The notes beneath the pieces are model-generated. The model was given only the letters and a program-made list of their open reading frames with translations, had not been told where the DNA came from and did no database searches. The position numbers and the translations under genes are program-made. A stretch of DNA of 64,000 nucleotides from Lytechinus pictus (Eukaryota), in contig NC_087263.1 of NCBI RefSeq assembly GCF_037042905.1, forward strand, positions 15,254,001-15,318,000. The letters are read 5' to 3'. Shown here in pieces: positions 12,603 to 26,002 of this stretch (its first letter is position 1; every line of letters starts with the position of its first letter).

Positions 12603-13140
12603 AGAGCCTGTTCAGACCGGCAGAGATAGCGCGATCTAGCGCGCGCTAGATCGCGCTATCTCTGCGGTGTGGAAGGTACAACGTCGTTTCGGTCCGCCCA
12701 ACAGCGAGCCACGGCGAGCCAAAACGGCGTGCCACTGGAGCACCTCTTGGGGGTGGTCCACGAGAGATAGCGCGGTCTAGCGCGCGCTAGATCGCGCTAT
12801 CTCTGCCGGTGTGAACCCGAGCTACGATAGCACGCCGGAAGTCATCTACACGCGGGGAATTTTATACTCATTCTATTTTGGTGCGATCTGAATCTGAATC
12901 GGTACAACTCAACACTCCTAATTTTATGGAGTAAAACGCGTCGGAACATCGTGAAAATAGATATATAGTAAGTAATGCGTCATGGCAACAGGACCTCTCA
13001 AAAAAGGGGGTGCTACGATAGACCGCGCTATCTCACTGCGGTGTGAATCCGGCGAATGCCAATGGGCGGACCGTGGATCGCGCTATGATAGCGCGATCCA
13101 CGGTCCGCCCACGGTCCCCCTTGCGGTGTGAACAGCCTCT
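12603..13140. mobile_element. GC-rich MITE with internal palindromes
   Basis: TIR AGAGCCTGTTCAGACCG / CGGTGTGAACAGCCTCT and three long internal palindromes; appears inserted in an older AACACC-repeat element (~12500-13243). Confidence 0.85.
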
Positions 13141-14170
13141 TAGATGATATGTTTAAACACCAATATGTATCTTAACACCTGAAGGTGTTATCATTTCAGA
13201 ACACTAACCATTGTTGATCGTATAACACCAAAGTTTACACTGTATGCATACTGTATCATCACTTGATGAACAGAGATTTCAAAAATCAGTGGAACTGCAA
13301 AACTCCATGTTGGACGGACGCATCTGCTGGCAATGAAGCATGGCGATGCGAGGCGAGGTCAGAGACCGTGAGTGGATGGATGGTCAGAAGCAGGTCACTC
13401 CCGACAAGAGTGACCGATGGATGACAGCGAGTGAGAAGTAAACAGCCGACTGACCGCTGATGGGGCTCAGTTATCAATGGCTGACATTAAGTATCCCAAA
13501 CATCTAGACTAGATCAACAAGCAACGAGATTAGATGTCAAAAAACTTGACCATCAAATGAAAGGGTCTTTCTTTGAATTTTCTTTGATGGGGTACTGTCT
13601 TTTGTGTAATATTGAAGTATCAAAGGCTTGAATATCATAACAAAGGGGCAATTCCATAAAATGATTCTTAGAAAAGAAATCTTATCAATCTTCAATTCAC
13701 CACTCTAAATGTGATAATTAGGTATAATACAGACTTATTTACTTCCTATTGAGAAGGGGGGGAGGGGGGTTAATTCTCCTATTTCATCTAAAATTACTTA
13801 TGGTATTAAACACAATGGTGGGGCAGGAGCTAGCAATTTATGGAGGCTCTTTTGCAATAGAGGATGACTAGCAAAAAATGGAGAAGGGCGTGGGGAATGG
13901 CCCTTGGCTTAAACCAAGGTATTTCTTGTCATTTTATTTTGTAAAAGGGGCAAAATTGCATCAACCATAATGCAAATATTGCCAATGATGGTAATTGGTT
14001 ACCATGGAAACACTGCTCAACAGCCAATCAAACTGAAGGTTTCCACATAGTATTCATGATTAAACACACCTATTTGCAAATGGACAGTGTTTCTTCATGG
14101 ACCTATGTTGTAGTATGTCCATGATTTCATTCACCATCTTTTCTCACTATATTCTTCTCTTCCATCTTAA

Positions 14171-14410
14171 GGCCTGGTCTCACTGGTCGACTGACACAAA
14201 ATGTATTCATAACGGATGCAGCGGACAAGCAAAATTTTGAGGTGGCTCCATCCGTTTTCCTCCGCTCCAGACAATGGACAAAACGGGCGAACAATGAAAT
14301 CACAGTGGACGGATGCTCGATGGATACAAAGCGTATAAAACACGTATGCAAAGAGTACACAACAGATACATAACGTTCTCCAACGGATGGCAAGATTCTT
14401 TTCCGTTTTA
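14171..14410. mobile_element. Truncated MITE-like fragment with ACGGATG repeats
   Basis: TAA followed by a GGCCTGGTCTCACTG terminus and repeated ACGGATG/CATCCGT; no right TIR seen. Confidence 0.4.
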
Positions 14411-15154
14411 CATCCTCTCTGCATCCACAAGCTTGTAATCTTCTGGATCTTCTTTCTATTCTCACATTCTCTCTCTCTCCTCTCCGACTAAATTTCTTCT
14501 TGTGGTTTCCGCAGAACTTGTGAATCAAATCAGTTCCATTCAAAAGGTGCCAGGTTCATTCGTTTATTCTTTCTTCAAGACACACTCCTCTTCCATCTTC
14601 CTCTTCATCTTCTTTCAATTCTCACATTCCCTCCAGCCTTCTATCACTCAGTTTGTCCTGGAGTGAACCGTTATCTCCCATCTTCTCTCAACCGCCAACA
14701 CCACCGCACCGTTTCGTAGCAAAGCGCTGATGAAAGTCAACACCATAACACGACACCAGAAGACATAAAATGTGGTTATTGTCAATGATCCTTACAGTGG
14801 TTGATTCAGACTGGAAAAAAATCATGTATACCCGGTACATTGTATCAATGCTGAAGCATTAATTCAATGTAAAAAATCCTAAAAATTCCTCTGAAAGATA
14901 ACATACGCCATAAGGGGGCAATGCTGGGCATGAACCTTAAAATTGAATAAAAAAATAAAACAGTTTAAGACAATAGTATCAACTTTTTGATAGGCAATGA
15001 GAAATACACAATACCACAGGATAAGTTTATTCATGGATTTTCTTATGAAACAATGTGCTGAAGAAAATGGCACTAAAAATACTTGTTTTATGCAATGGAG
15101 GTATCAAGGGCATGTAAGACGTTGAACTGGTTACAATGTGCATCAAACCAAAAA

Positions 15155-15570
15155 GGTAAACTGCCAATTCATCTACTGCCAACTCGTCCACTCACCACAT
15201 GGTCTACTTTCATTTAGTCTAATGCCATTCCGTCAATCAACATTTTGTGTCCCAACCATTTGGTCCATTAACCATTTGGTCCAATCATCACTTCGTCTAA
15301 TCACCATTTCGTCTATGACCATTTCGTCTCATAACCAGTTGGTCTAATATCCATTCCATTTTCATTAATTTTGCACAATTTAACACTTAGTCCAATTAGA
15401 CCAAATAAAATGGACTAAATGGCCATTGGACCAACTGGTTATTAGACGGAATGGCATTAGCCTAAATGAAAGTAGACCAAGTGGTGAGTGGACAAACTGA
15501 TGGTAAACCAAATGATAGTAGACGAGTTGGCAATTGGACAAATTGGCATTAGACGGATTGGAAATAAACC
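15155..15570. mobile_element. Foldback-type element with inverted short tandem arrays
   Basis: Left (ttcgtcta/tggtcca)-type repeats mirrored by (tagacga/tggac) repeats on the right; GGT..ACC ends. Confidence 0.75.
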
Positions 15571-17225
15571 ACCACCAATACATGGAAAGCTTAATGCAGA
15601 CTTTTGTCACATGAAATTTTGCAGTGTTATCTGAAATAAGAGAGTAGGTGGGAGGTGGTACTGATAAGACAGTGACACAACCTATGACTAAATTAAAAAA
15701 CCTCCAAGATTTTGCGATTGGTTCCTAAGAATCTCAACCCACGGGGGTGACGGAATTCTCAAAATGACGCCTCCTTCCTCACCTCCGGGGAATTCAAACG
15801 ATCCAAGACAGATGCTCCGTTGAGTCATCATCCGCCCAACGGAATCCACGTCCTCCTCACCATCATCATCCTCATCACTGGTAGGAAGCAGCATCCACTG
15901 GTCGACGACGTAACCATGGAAACCATGTGGAGGAATTCTATACCATCGGGTAAGGGTTTTCGGTGAGAGATGGAAAGTGGAGTGTTTGTCCGCTACTTGG
16001 GATGTTCGTCTGCTTGGCTGACAAGGTGTCCCCCAGGGCTGGCTCAATGGATGTTGTGGGACTCTGTGGCTCGGTGGTATTGGCAAAAGCTTCTTGGTAT
16101 TAGCATAAGTTAAATCTCCTGCTTTGCCTATAAAGTCTTGAAGGCGTTTTTATTCCGATATGATCCCCATCTCATATTCATGTTGCCTGCCATTTCAATA
16201 TCCAACACAGGCTACCCTCCCCCCATCCAATTGTTTATCATCTTTATTTTGATGAATGTTTTCCATTTTATTTGCAATTGTTGCGCCATCCTCTTTCCCT
16301 CCCCCCCCCCCCCCTTTCCATTCTCTCTCTCTCTCTCTTACCCTCCTATTTTTCTTCATATTTCCATCTCTTTCTCTCTGTCTCCCTCTAAAATTCCTTT
16401 CTTTCTACCTCTTACTTATTTCTATCATTCTCTTATCTTCCCCTCTCGAGCTCTAATTCCTAGAATCTATTTTTTTACTTCCTTCCATATTTCCAATACA
16501 TAAAAAATCAACCTATTTAACTTAGAATACACCACTCATTATCCACCATAAATATAATTCCAAAACTAATCAAATTTCAAGAATGTGGCAGAATAATCAA
16601 TCATATTTTCCTAATCTCGATATGAATTACAATGACAGATTATTCATCTGAAAGTTTATCCAAAAAGACAGCATTACGACCCGGACTCCCAACTGATCCA
16701 AATAAAAAGCGACAAATTATGGTTCAAAAGTTGACAGCTTTAGGGATGCGAGTAGACTTTAATTTTCAAAACCATCTCTCACTTTTCATCACCACATTGT
16801 CTGCTTTCTGTGTTGCTTAGGGCTCTGGTTGTGTGGGATGTATGGGGGAAATGGAATATTTGAAATTTTAAGTGTCAAAATAATTCAAAATGCAGCATAG
16901 ATTAAGATGGATCACACATTCGAGTCCTTTTTGACAACTTTAAGGTCATGTAGAGCTGAAAGTATGAATTTCTTAAAGGGATAGATTTGGATATTTGGAT
17001 ATTCACTAGTCAGAATGCACTTCCATCCACAAAATAGTCTAATTCAAGAGGTAAAATGAGGCAAAAAGCATTAAATTCATTTCAATATCCTATAACATAA
17101 CTATCATGGGTGGTTCTTAGGGTTGGGGTAGCAACAAATGGTCATCTTGTCCAACCTTCATGCCAAGCCCAAAATGTCAAGAAACTGCAGCCTCTGACTG
17201 TTAAAACTTTATCATTGTGTTTGAA

Positions 17226-17236
17226 ATCATCATCAA

Positions 17237-17282
<46 letters not shown>

Positions 17283-17700
17283 TTCATCATCAACAACATC
17301 ATCAGTCACCATCACCACCATCATCATCATGATCAGCAACATCATGATCATCATCATCATCATCACCATCATCATCAACATCATCTCCATCATCACCATC
17401 ACCATCATCATCATCATCTCCATCATCACCACCATTATCATCATCATCATTATCATCACCATCATCATCACCACCATTATCATCATCATCATCATCATCA
17501 TCATCACCACCACCATCATCATCTCTATATCATCACCACCAATATTATTGTCACCATCATCATCATCATCATCATCACTACCACCACCAGCGTCATTATC
17601 ATCATGACTCCAATACTACCTCCATCACCACCATTGTCATTGTCATCACCATCATCATCATCATCATTTCATCACCACCACCTCCTCATCTGTAACCACC
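17226..17700. repeat. (CAT/CAC)n microsatellite
   Basis: Trinucleotide array visible directly; explains the poly-I/H/M/D ORFs. Confidence 0.95.
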
Positions 17701-19452
17701 AAAATATCCAACATCATCTTCACCATAAAAATAACCATTCATATCTAGGTCCATGCTCTTCATTCTCTTATCTCGATCACTTAGTTTTGTTTATAATCCT
17801 ATAAAACTCGTCTAGAAATCCATCTCTAAAATGAAAACAAAACCAGTTTATTAGTTGGAGATGAGTAATGACAGAAAAATGAATGTAAACTGGAGATAAG
17901 CACCTACTTCTGCAACTCAAGTGTGAATATCAAACAAGTTTCACCACTCCAGTTGAGTGTCAAAAGGGAGTAAATCAATTTCTTTAGATATCAATAATGT
18001 ATATGGTACAATCCATGTTAATATCACCCCTCACGGTAGGCTCTAATTGGAAACAACTATCGACAAGCTAGTAACTTCCTGACATGGTGACAAGATCCTT
18101 TGGCAAGGCACTCACCTACATTCAACTCTCCATGTCCAAGGCTAACCGGTAAGCCTTTGGTCTACATAGTCAAATACATAAAATATAAGCCTATTATAAA
18201 ACTATTACACAGGTTTGACTGTATTTGGGCCCATATTACTTTTTTTTTATCAATGATTTATTTCAATTCATTTGAACTTAGTGATTAGAAGATGATGTAA
18301 TCATCAAATATCTGCAAATATGTTTACACAATATTTGATTTGAATACATGAAAATATTTCAAACTCAATTTATAAAGAAATGCTGTGTGCAGGAATAACT
18401 GATTGATCTGTAATCTGTAAGCGATTAGAAACTTATATAATTAATGTATGTGTCTTAAACGGATTATGAATATCTAGATTATCATTATAATTATGATAAT
18501 CATGAGCATATATACTTTACGACCTTCTGCTTCTCATGTTAATTACCAATGAAAAGCATGAGTTATTCAACTGGTATGTGAAAATACAAACTACTCACGC
18601 ATACCATCTAATCTCGGCCCTGGTTAGTTTAGCAATAAACAGCTCAATCAGTACAGACACCTACACCGTATAAACAACTCCACAGCAAAATGATAAATGC
18701 ATTCCAAGATTCGGTACCAGCTAAGACGGAACCAAAACAGAAAGAAATCAAGATTTCCAGGCATTTTGGCAATAATTGAAGTAGGTGGCATGAAATTTCG
18801 TTTGACACCTTTTTGAAGTTTCTCATTGAAAGAGAGGGTCAAAGGGGGTTAGGGTTTTTAATATTGACATGTTCAAATGGGTATTTTGATTTATTCCTTC
18901 TGGAAGTGCAAGACTTGCCTTGGAAATTCCAGATGTTATTTACAATATAAAAAGGTCATATAGATCAAATGAAAATGAAGTTCTTGACATCGATGTGGGC
19001 TGCGTTGACAGCAGAAAAATGAAATAATTTTCTGACCATTTTCCATTTTCCCTTTAGTTTTTGTTCAGCCTCTTTTTCCCATGCCTGTCTGTTATCCCAG
19101 TTAAGAGGGGAAAATGTAAGAAAATGTCACTATTCCTGTCAATTTCTTCCACTATTTTTCCTGTGACAGAAATGGTTGCTGGTAAACATCTGGCACTTAG
19201 CTGATGATGACGAACTTGCTACTGCTTTAAAGTGAAGTCCCACTTGCCAAATTAGGTAAAACACTGTTTCTGTTTCTGTTTATGGTAACTCTCGTAGGAA
19301 CTCGGCAGGACAGCATTTTTGCTGATAAATGCCAAGCTGGTATGTAACCAATTACCGAGGAAACATTTTACGTCTAGGTTAATCAGTCATAGTGGCTGAC
19401 GTTATAGACGACAGATATCACTCTCGGGCCTTTTTATCAAAGTGGAGACAAT

Positions 19453-19520
19453 GACAGAGTTGGGATTCGAACTCACAACCTTGCGATAATGAGTCCAATG
19501 CTCTAACCACTGGACCACTG
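19453..19520 (-). mobile_element. tRNA-derived SINE head fragment
   Basis: Minus strand reads GTGGTCCAGTGGTTAGAGCA...GAGTTCGAATCCC (A and B boxes). Confidence 0.7.
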
Positions 19521-22219
19521 AGTATTTTCTGCATGATCGGGATATACCCTGATATTTCGCCAGTGTCCAAACAAAGTAAAGCCTTCTTGTAATATTCCTG
19601 GATGAAAAAAAATTAACTATAATCCTGATAATGTTCTCCTAAAATGGCACAAAAAGATTTGGAAAGCTCACAATGAGAGCTTTCCAACCATTTACGTCTG
19701 AAGTTTCTTAACCTGTTTAATACTGATCTCTTTGATTCTCAAAGGCTTTGTACAGGGATCTGGCATTCCCTATTTCAATCCAAAAGGAAATTATTAGATT
19801 CAGTCGTGAATGGGTAAAGGTCCATTTCGGTGCTGAACCACATGGATCTACCCTTGTCATGTCCAATTACACGCATTGGTTATTCGAACGAGAATTTCAA
19901 TCTCCCCGCAATCTGGCCTATAGAATAGCGGAAGATTCGTTGAGCCGTGCGTGGAAGAGATCGGCTGTGTCATACTGATGCAGTATTTCTTTCTTTAATC
20001 CATGGTCTATAACAGGATGATACACAACATGGTGCTCTTACATACAAGCAAGGTGCCTCAATCTCCACCCCCCCTTTTTTTTTTCTTATGTGGAGATGAG
20101 AGAGTGGGGAGGGAGGGGTAAGAGAGGGGGTAAGAGAGGGAGATAGAGATGGAAAGAGTGGGAGGGATAGAGCGTAAGAGAGAGAGAGAGGAATGGAGTG
20201 GGAGGTGGATGCAAAAGGGGAAGAGAGAGAGAGATCAACAGAAAGAGAGAAGTGGAGAGAAAGGGTGCAAAAAATGTGCGGAAGGGGGCAGCAAAAGGGC
20301 AATTCCATAAAATATGTATGTCCGACCGCATGTTTGTGGAACCTTCATGAAAATTTCTGTCTCTGATTTCTGGTTCTTTTGACAGTCTGTAATGCTCTCA
20401 AATGATCATGATTTTGTCAGGTTATGAAGTGAAGTAGAAGTGAAGTAAAAGTTGAGAAAAAAGGGGGTCGGATAAACAAAAAGGTTGATTATTTTACGGA
20501 ATTGCCCAAGAGATACATGGAGCAAAGGGCAAATCGCCGAAAAATAGTCTTTCAAAGATGCAAAACTCTACCAACCAGTTCGAAAATTGTTATTTGGAGT
20601 AAAAACAAGAAGGGAATAAGAAGGGGAAATAGTTCCCACATCAGTAATATTTTGATGAACCTGTATTTGCGTAATCAGATTGTTACACCAAATGACCCAA
20701 CAAAAGAAACCACTTTCCACACATCACCAGTTCACACCCTTTAATAGTTACGATGTGGTCGAATGCAACTGCAACAAAAAGCAACAAAGCAGACAAAGAC
20801 GTCCCACCAAGCCATGACAATAAAGCTAAATGCAGTGACAGATATCGCTCATAATACAACACAAATATGACTGCCTAGGGCTATGGTTAATCTCGTAACA
20901 AATTTGTGATCCTGTTATGCGGCTGATTTATGGAATAACCTGTTTGGATAAATAGCTCCATTCATGGTGCAATCCTTCTGTAATTGGTCTTTTAAAATGG
21001 CTGATTTTGTTAATACTGTGAGTTGAATGATATGACAAGTTTCTTTCATATTCAAATTTCTGTCAACAGTGAGCAACGGAAGCTTTGGTATTATGGTGTG
21101 CCCATATGGTATAATCAGAATTTCAGTCTATATGTAAAATTGGTATTCATGTTCATAAAGTCAAAGAAATGCAAAGGCAATTTTTTGTTTAAATACTATA
21201 CATTTTGTTTGCCATTATCATCAATTCACAGGGTTAGCTGTTTTTGTTATAACATAAAAGTGCTTTACAAACTCTTAATTTAAAACTGATGATAAAAATC
21301 ATGAATATTATTTGATGTTTTTCATAGATCTGATTTAAGCCCAACCATCAATTATGGCCAATTTCAGTTGACAGAATAAAAGGTCCTGCATCATGTTTAT
21401 GGATATGTCTTTCCAATGAATATCTAAAATTTCAGATATGTTGCTTTTTGTTCAAATGGCACAGTAGGTTTCATACTTTCATTTCACAATTTCACATCAT
21501 GTTGTTTTTTCTACAATTTCAATTGAAGTCCTTACACAAACTTAATAGGGAAATAATCTTAATCCAAGAAATTTATCTAGTCCAAAATATCTCTTCAAAA
21601 GCAGACAATCATCATCTCACTAGACTGTCTATGGAATAATAATTTGTCTCCAATAAGCACACTAAATAATACTCCAGAAATTGTCATTAGTCTGTGTTAA
21701 ATCCACTTCAAACACTTTAAAGGCAGAAAATTCTGCCTTGTGCATTTATCCCCTCAATGAAATATCTGCCTCTCTTCTGCAAATAAAAACAAATCAAGCA
21801 TGCATCCATCATAAATGCACATGTTCTCGAAAATAGGACAATTTCATTTTCATATGACCTTCACTAGAGTCGAGCATAGACTTGAATTAGGATTCACAAA
21901 GCATCGTCGTCTCTCCAGAAAAATGAGTCAGCGGACGGTAGACGAATCTCGTTATACAGTAAGATGAGCAAAAGGGTAGCCGAGAGCACGGAATTAATAC
22001 GCAAATTGCGTTTACACGCGCCGAGGGAGTTGCCATGAAATGATGACGGGCATTTATGAAAGCGGGCAATTATTGAATCATGTTTTGATACGCGCCGTCC
22101 TGGGTAAATAAAGTGTTCTATTGCTTTGTCTATTTCATTAAGCATATTTGCCTATCCATCCGTTCATCCTAAATGTTAGAATTTGAAAGGCGATACACCA
22201 CAGAGATATTGAAATACTG

Positions 22220-22503
22220 TAGCATCGTTTTTAGCAGTCCTTGGAACATTAAGCGATTTTCACTGAAAACCGTTATAAGCTACTAAAATCATACTTAGAT
22301 CTGATTGGTTCATAACAAATTAGTCAGAGAAAATAACCAACAAGATGCTTCATGGTACAGTCCCAAAGGAAGCATTTCATGAAACAAAATTGTCAGTGAT
22401 TTTTCACTGACCGCTGTTATAAGCTACTGAAATCCTTGCATCTGATTGGCTCATAACGCATTCGTCAGTAAAAAATCAAGTTGGTTCATGAAACACTCCC
22501 CAG
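22220..22503. mobile_element. Two adjacent copies of a small MITE with a CTGATTGG core
   Basis: ttttcactga..gttataagctact.aaatc..atctgattgg.tcataac occurs twice; related fragments at ~3920-4020 and ~61347-61493. Confidence 0.55.
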
Positions 22504-22524
22504 AACTGCTCAAATAGAGCACTA

Positions 22525-22704
22525 CACTGTCAGGTGTTAGAAATACACCACTGAGTTTTGAACTTAAGTGTGAACACAAATCATGTGTTATATAATTTAG
22601 CACCAATAGGGCAACACCTCGAATTGATACTGGTGTAAAATGCTCAGTGGGGTCCTCTGTCAACACTGATTTGTTCAGTTTTTAACACTGATGTTTCTAC
22701 AGTG
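22525..22704. mobile_element. CACTG-ended MITE, TA-flanked (EnSpm/CACTA-like)
   Basis: ta|CACTGT ... ACAGTG|ta with internal ACACC/GGTGT repeats. Confidence 0.6.
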
Positions 22705-23049
22705 TACTCCTTATTGCAACCTATCCTCTATTTTAAACTTTCTAACTGACAATTTATTATCATTTTTAAATATTTTTTTTCTGCATTTCCTCTAAGCTTT
22801 ACCTTCTTCCTTCCTAGTCTCCCTTCCCAAGTCTATCCCATTTAAAGCATCCTTTTCCTCTAACCCATATCTCACCCCGAACGATTCTTCTCTATCTTAC
22901 CTCTTGTCTGCCCTTTCATCCCCCCCCCCCCCCCGTCTTGCTATTGCTTTCAAATTTATCTCAATTCATCCATTGCCTGTTTTTCTTCATTCTTTCTTCT
23001 CTATCTTCCACTCTTGAATTAGCTATTTTTATACAACTGCCAATATTCT

Positions 23050-23545
23050 CAACTCCTCTCCCTTTTCTTTCCATTCTCCCTCCCTCGTTCCTTCTCTTCT
23101 CCATTCCCTCCTTCCCTTTTCTTTCTTTCCAACCAAGTCCACCCTATTCAATTTGTCTTCCATCTGTTTTTTTTTCTGATAATCTTCAGGTCTCCTCTCC
23201 CCCCCCCCCTCTATTCCCCTCCCCTCCGGTCTCCAACCCCTCCCCCATCTCTCCCTCCCCTCCCATTCCCTCCCCTCCCCTCTCATCCCCTCCCATCTTC
23301 TTCCCCCCCTCTTCCCCTCCCCCTCTTCTCCTTCCCCTCCCCCTCTCCCATCTCTCCCTCCTCTCTGACTCCCACTCCTCCCCCTCCACTACCCATCCCC
23401 TCTCCCATTCCCTCCCCTCCCCTCTCATCCCCTCCCCTCTTCCCCTCCCCCTCTTCTCTTTCCCCTCACCCACCCTCCCCTCCCCTATCCCCCACCCCTT
23501 TCCCAGCCTTCCCACATCTAACACATCTCCCCTACATATCCTCCC
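23050..23545. repeat. Polypyrimidine (CCCCT/CT) tract
   Basis: About 500 bp almost entirely C/T. Confidence 0.9.
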
Positions 23546-24758
23546 TGCATACATCTGTTTTCATTACTTCTGGTATCACAACAAATTGCACTTAATGAGA
23601 TATGATTCAGGCAACTCGCTTCCAAATTGGTTCTTATTTATTGATCGATTTCTCCTAATATTCTTATCTTCGAGCTGTTAACCCATTTTCCAAATGACAA
23701 TTACCAAGTTCATTGAAGTGACATTGAACTTCAATGTTAGTAAATAATGAACACATTCGTCCCAACAACACAATGTGTTCAGATATCACTCAATTAAGTG
23801 GATTCTTTTTTATTGTAATCATTTCTTTATTTCAAAGAAAAGCAGCATACAAATGAACAAAGTGAAACAATGAAAGAGTAACAAGCGAAACCAGGTCCAT
23901 GAACTTATACTGGTTCAAGGCAGGTTGAAATGTACATAAAAAGTAAATCACAAAGACATAAGATATTGATTGCGAACAAAAAGCAATCATACAATAAAAC
24001 TGAGTAGGTGAATTTGCATGTATTCAGCAAATTGCTTTGTCTTCAACCTCCATTACCACTTGACTAAAAATACATGTTTGTTTCTTTTATTTGCATTTCT
24101 TCTTTCTTTTTCCTTTTTGAAACAAAAATGTTATTTAAGACTGGATTTCATAGGCTTGTATTAATTTGTGTACAATCTCAATTTCAAGGATTTGAAAATG
24201 AATCCAGATTGGCTGTGAATAGTGACCAGCCGAATATTGGATTTATCTTCAGTCTTGAGGGTTAACTTTAAAATCTCAAAAGATATCCACAAGATTTAAA
24301 TTAAAATCTCATGTTTGGCTTGTCATTATTGACAGTTGATCTGCATTTATTTAAAGTCCTTGGAATCAGTCTAGAGTGTATGTTGTACTGGAAATAAATG
24401 GAAATTGTGATGCTTTCCTTTCAAACATTGGCACTTCCCTGTTACAATCAACCAACAACTGGTTTTTAAAAACTGTCTGCCAGCTATGAAAATATTTCAA
24501 TATTATTACTCCTTACAATGCACTTTATCATGAGCCTGAAATGCAGAAATGCAAATAATAGACAGATAATATAAATCACTGTCTAGTATAGAATTCAACA
24601 TTTATTACTTCTGACACACAAAATGCAAAAATACAAACAGCGGACATACAATGAATACAAACTGCTGTCATGCACATGTATACTTCTGAGATGCATTTTA
24701 CCATAAACCTATACTATAGTAATGCCAACTTCAAATTAATAGACAGATGATGCATTAA

Positions 24759-25155
24759 AGGTAAAAGACAGTAGTTGCAGCAAACAATTATTTCATGAAA
24801 GTCTTTTAAATCAAGGTTAATTGTCCAAATATTATCAAACATCTAGATCGGGTACATTACTGTAAGCTTATCTTTGTAAAATCATGAAATCTTAGCTCAA
24901 AATCGAAAATTCTGATGATCACTAACACAGAAAAGCATATGTGGGACAATGTCTTAATATTGTTTCGAAAAATACCCGACATTTGATAGAATTCCGTGCT
25001 TATTTTGCTCATTTCTGAGCAATTACGCATTTTCTTCCACAGCTATTTGGCGGATATTTTTAGTTTATACATATTATACAAACACCTTGGTGGTAATTTC
25101 ATTGGATTCTGTTCGAACTCATTCTGAGATCGTTACCACAACTGGTATGTATCTT
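24759..25155 (+). mobile_element. Kolobok-like MITE, family K1, diverged copy
   Basis: TTAA|AGGTAAA..GTAGTTGCAG start; colinear with 10511-10903. Confidence 0.75.
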
Positions 25156-25287
25156 GCATTAATACTATGGTATTACTCTTTACTAGCACATCATCATGAA
25201 CTTTCATGTAAGAAATACAGTATACACAGAAAATGCACACAAAGTGGGGTCTACTAATATTTCATAAGAAATTCAAACTACAAAATC

Positions 25288-25560
25288 CCTGCTGGAAAGA
25301 GCACACAGTGTCACACAGTGCAATCACAGTGTGTTCACATAGTGGACAGTGTGAAAATATTATTCACACTGTTAAAATGCTGAATTTCAACAGTGTGGAG
25401 ATGTTTTCACACTGTGGACACCTCGACAGTGTGACTGTTCACAGCTTGTTCACATGGTCGACTGTGTGAATGTGTGACTCACACTGTTGAAGTGCTCAAA
25501 TTTAACAGTGTGAAGGTGATTTCACATAGTGTTCCACACTGTGAATACACTGTGGCCCCC
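25288..25560. mobile_element. Degenerate foldback element of CACAGTGT/ACACTGTG repeats
   Basis: Dense mirrored CACAGTG/CACTGTG motifs, including cacactgttaaa / tttaacagtgtg. Confidence 0.5.
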
Positions 25561-26002
25561 AATGTGGAATGCTGCAGATGTGTCCTTTCCAGTATGGATA
25601 ATAGACAGATAGTACAGACAAACTACTGTCTACTGCTTTTCTCTGCCTGAAATCCCAACTCACTATATATCTCGTGACATCTGACCATGGCATATGCTTC
25701 TTCTATTTGGAATTCAATCCATAAACCCAGATGACTCAATGGTTTTTGTTGTGGAACACCATACAAAAGCCACCCATTTGGTCACCATAAAAGGCTCTGT
25801 TCTACACGATTTGACAATTCAAACAAGATCGCTATCATCATTCATTTCAATTTATAGTGATAATAATTATGGGGCATTGGTTGGGATACATAGGCCTATA
25901 GTGCATGTAGATGCATTTGATGGGGGATTAAGGAGATCGGCATGTATATTTGGTTCGACTGTATTGTTTATTTTGATGTTATTTTTGTCTATTTCCCACT
26001 GA

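Noticed and set aside
17110..17804. Poly-His/Ile/Met/Asp ORFs (also 60223-60975)
   Set aside because: Products of (CAT)n microsatellites.
22938..23681. 247-aa Pro/Ser/Leu-rich ORF
   Set aside because: A polypyrimidine tract lacks stop codons by composition.
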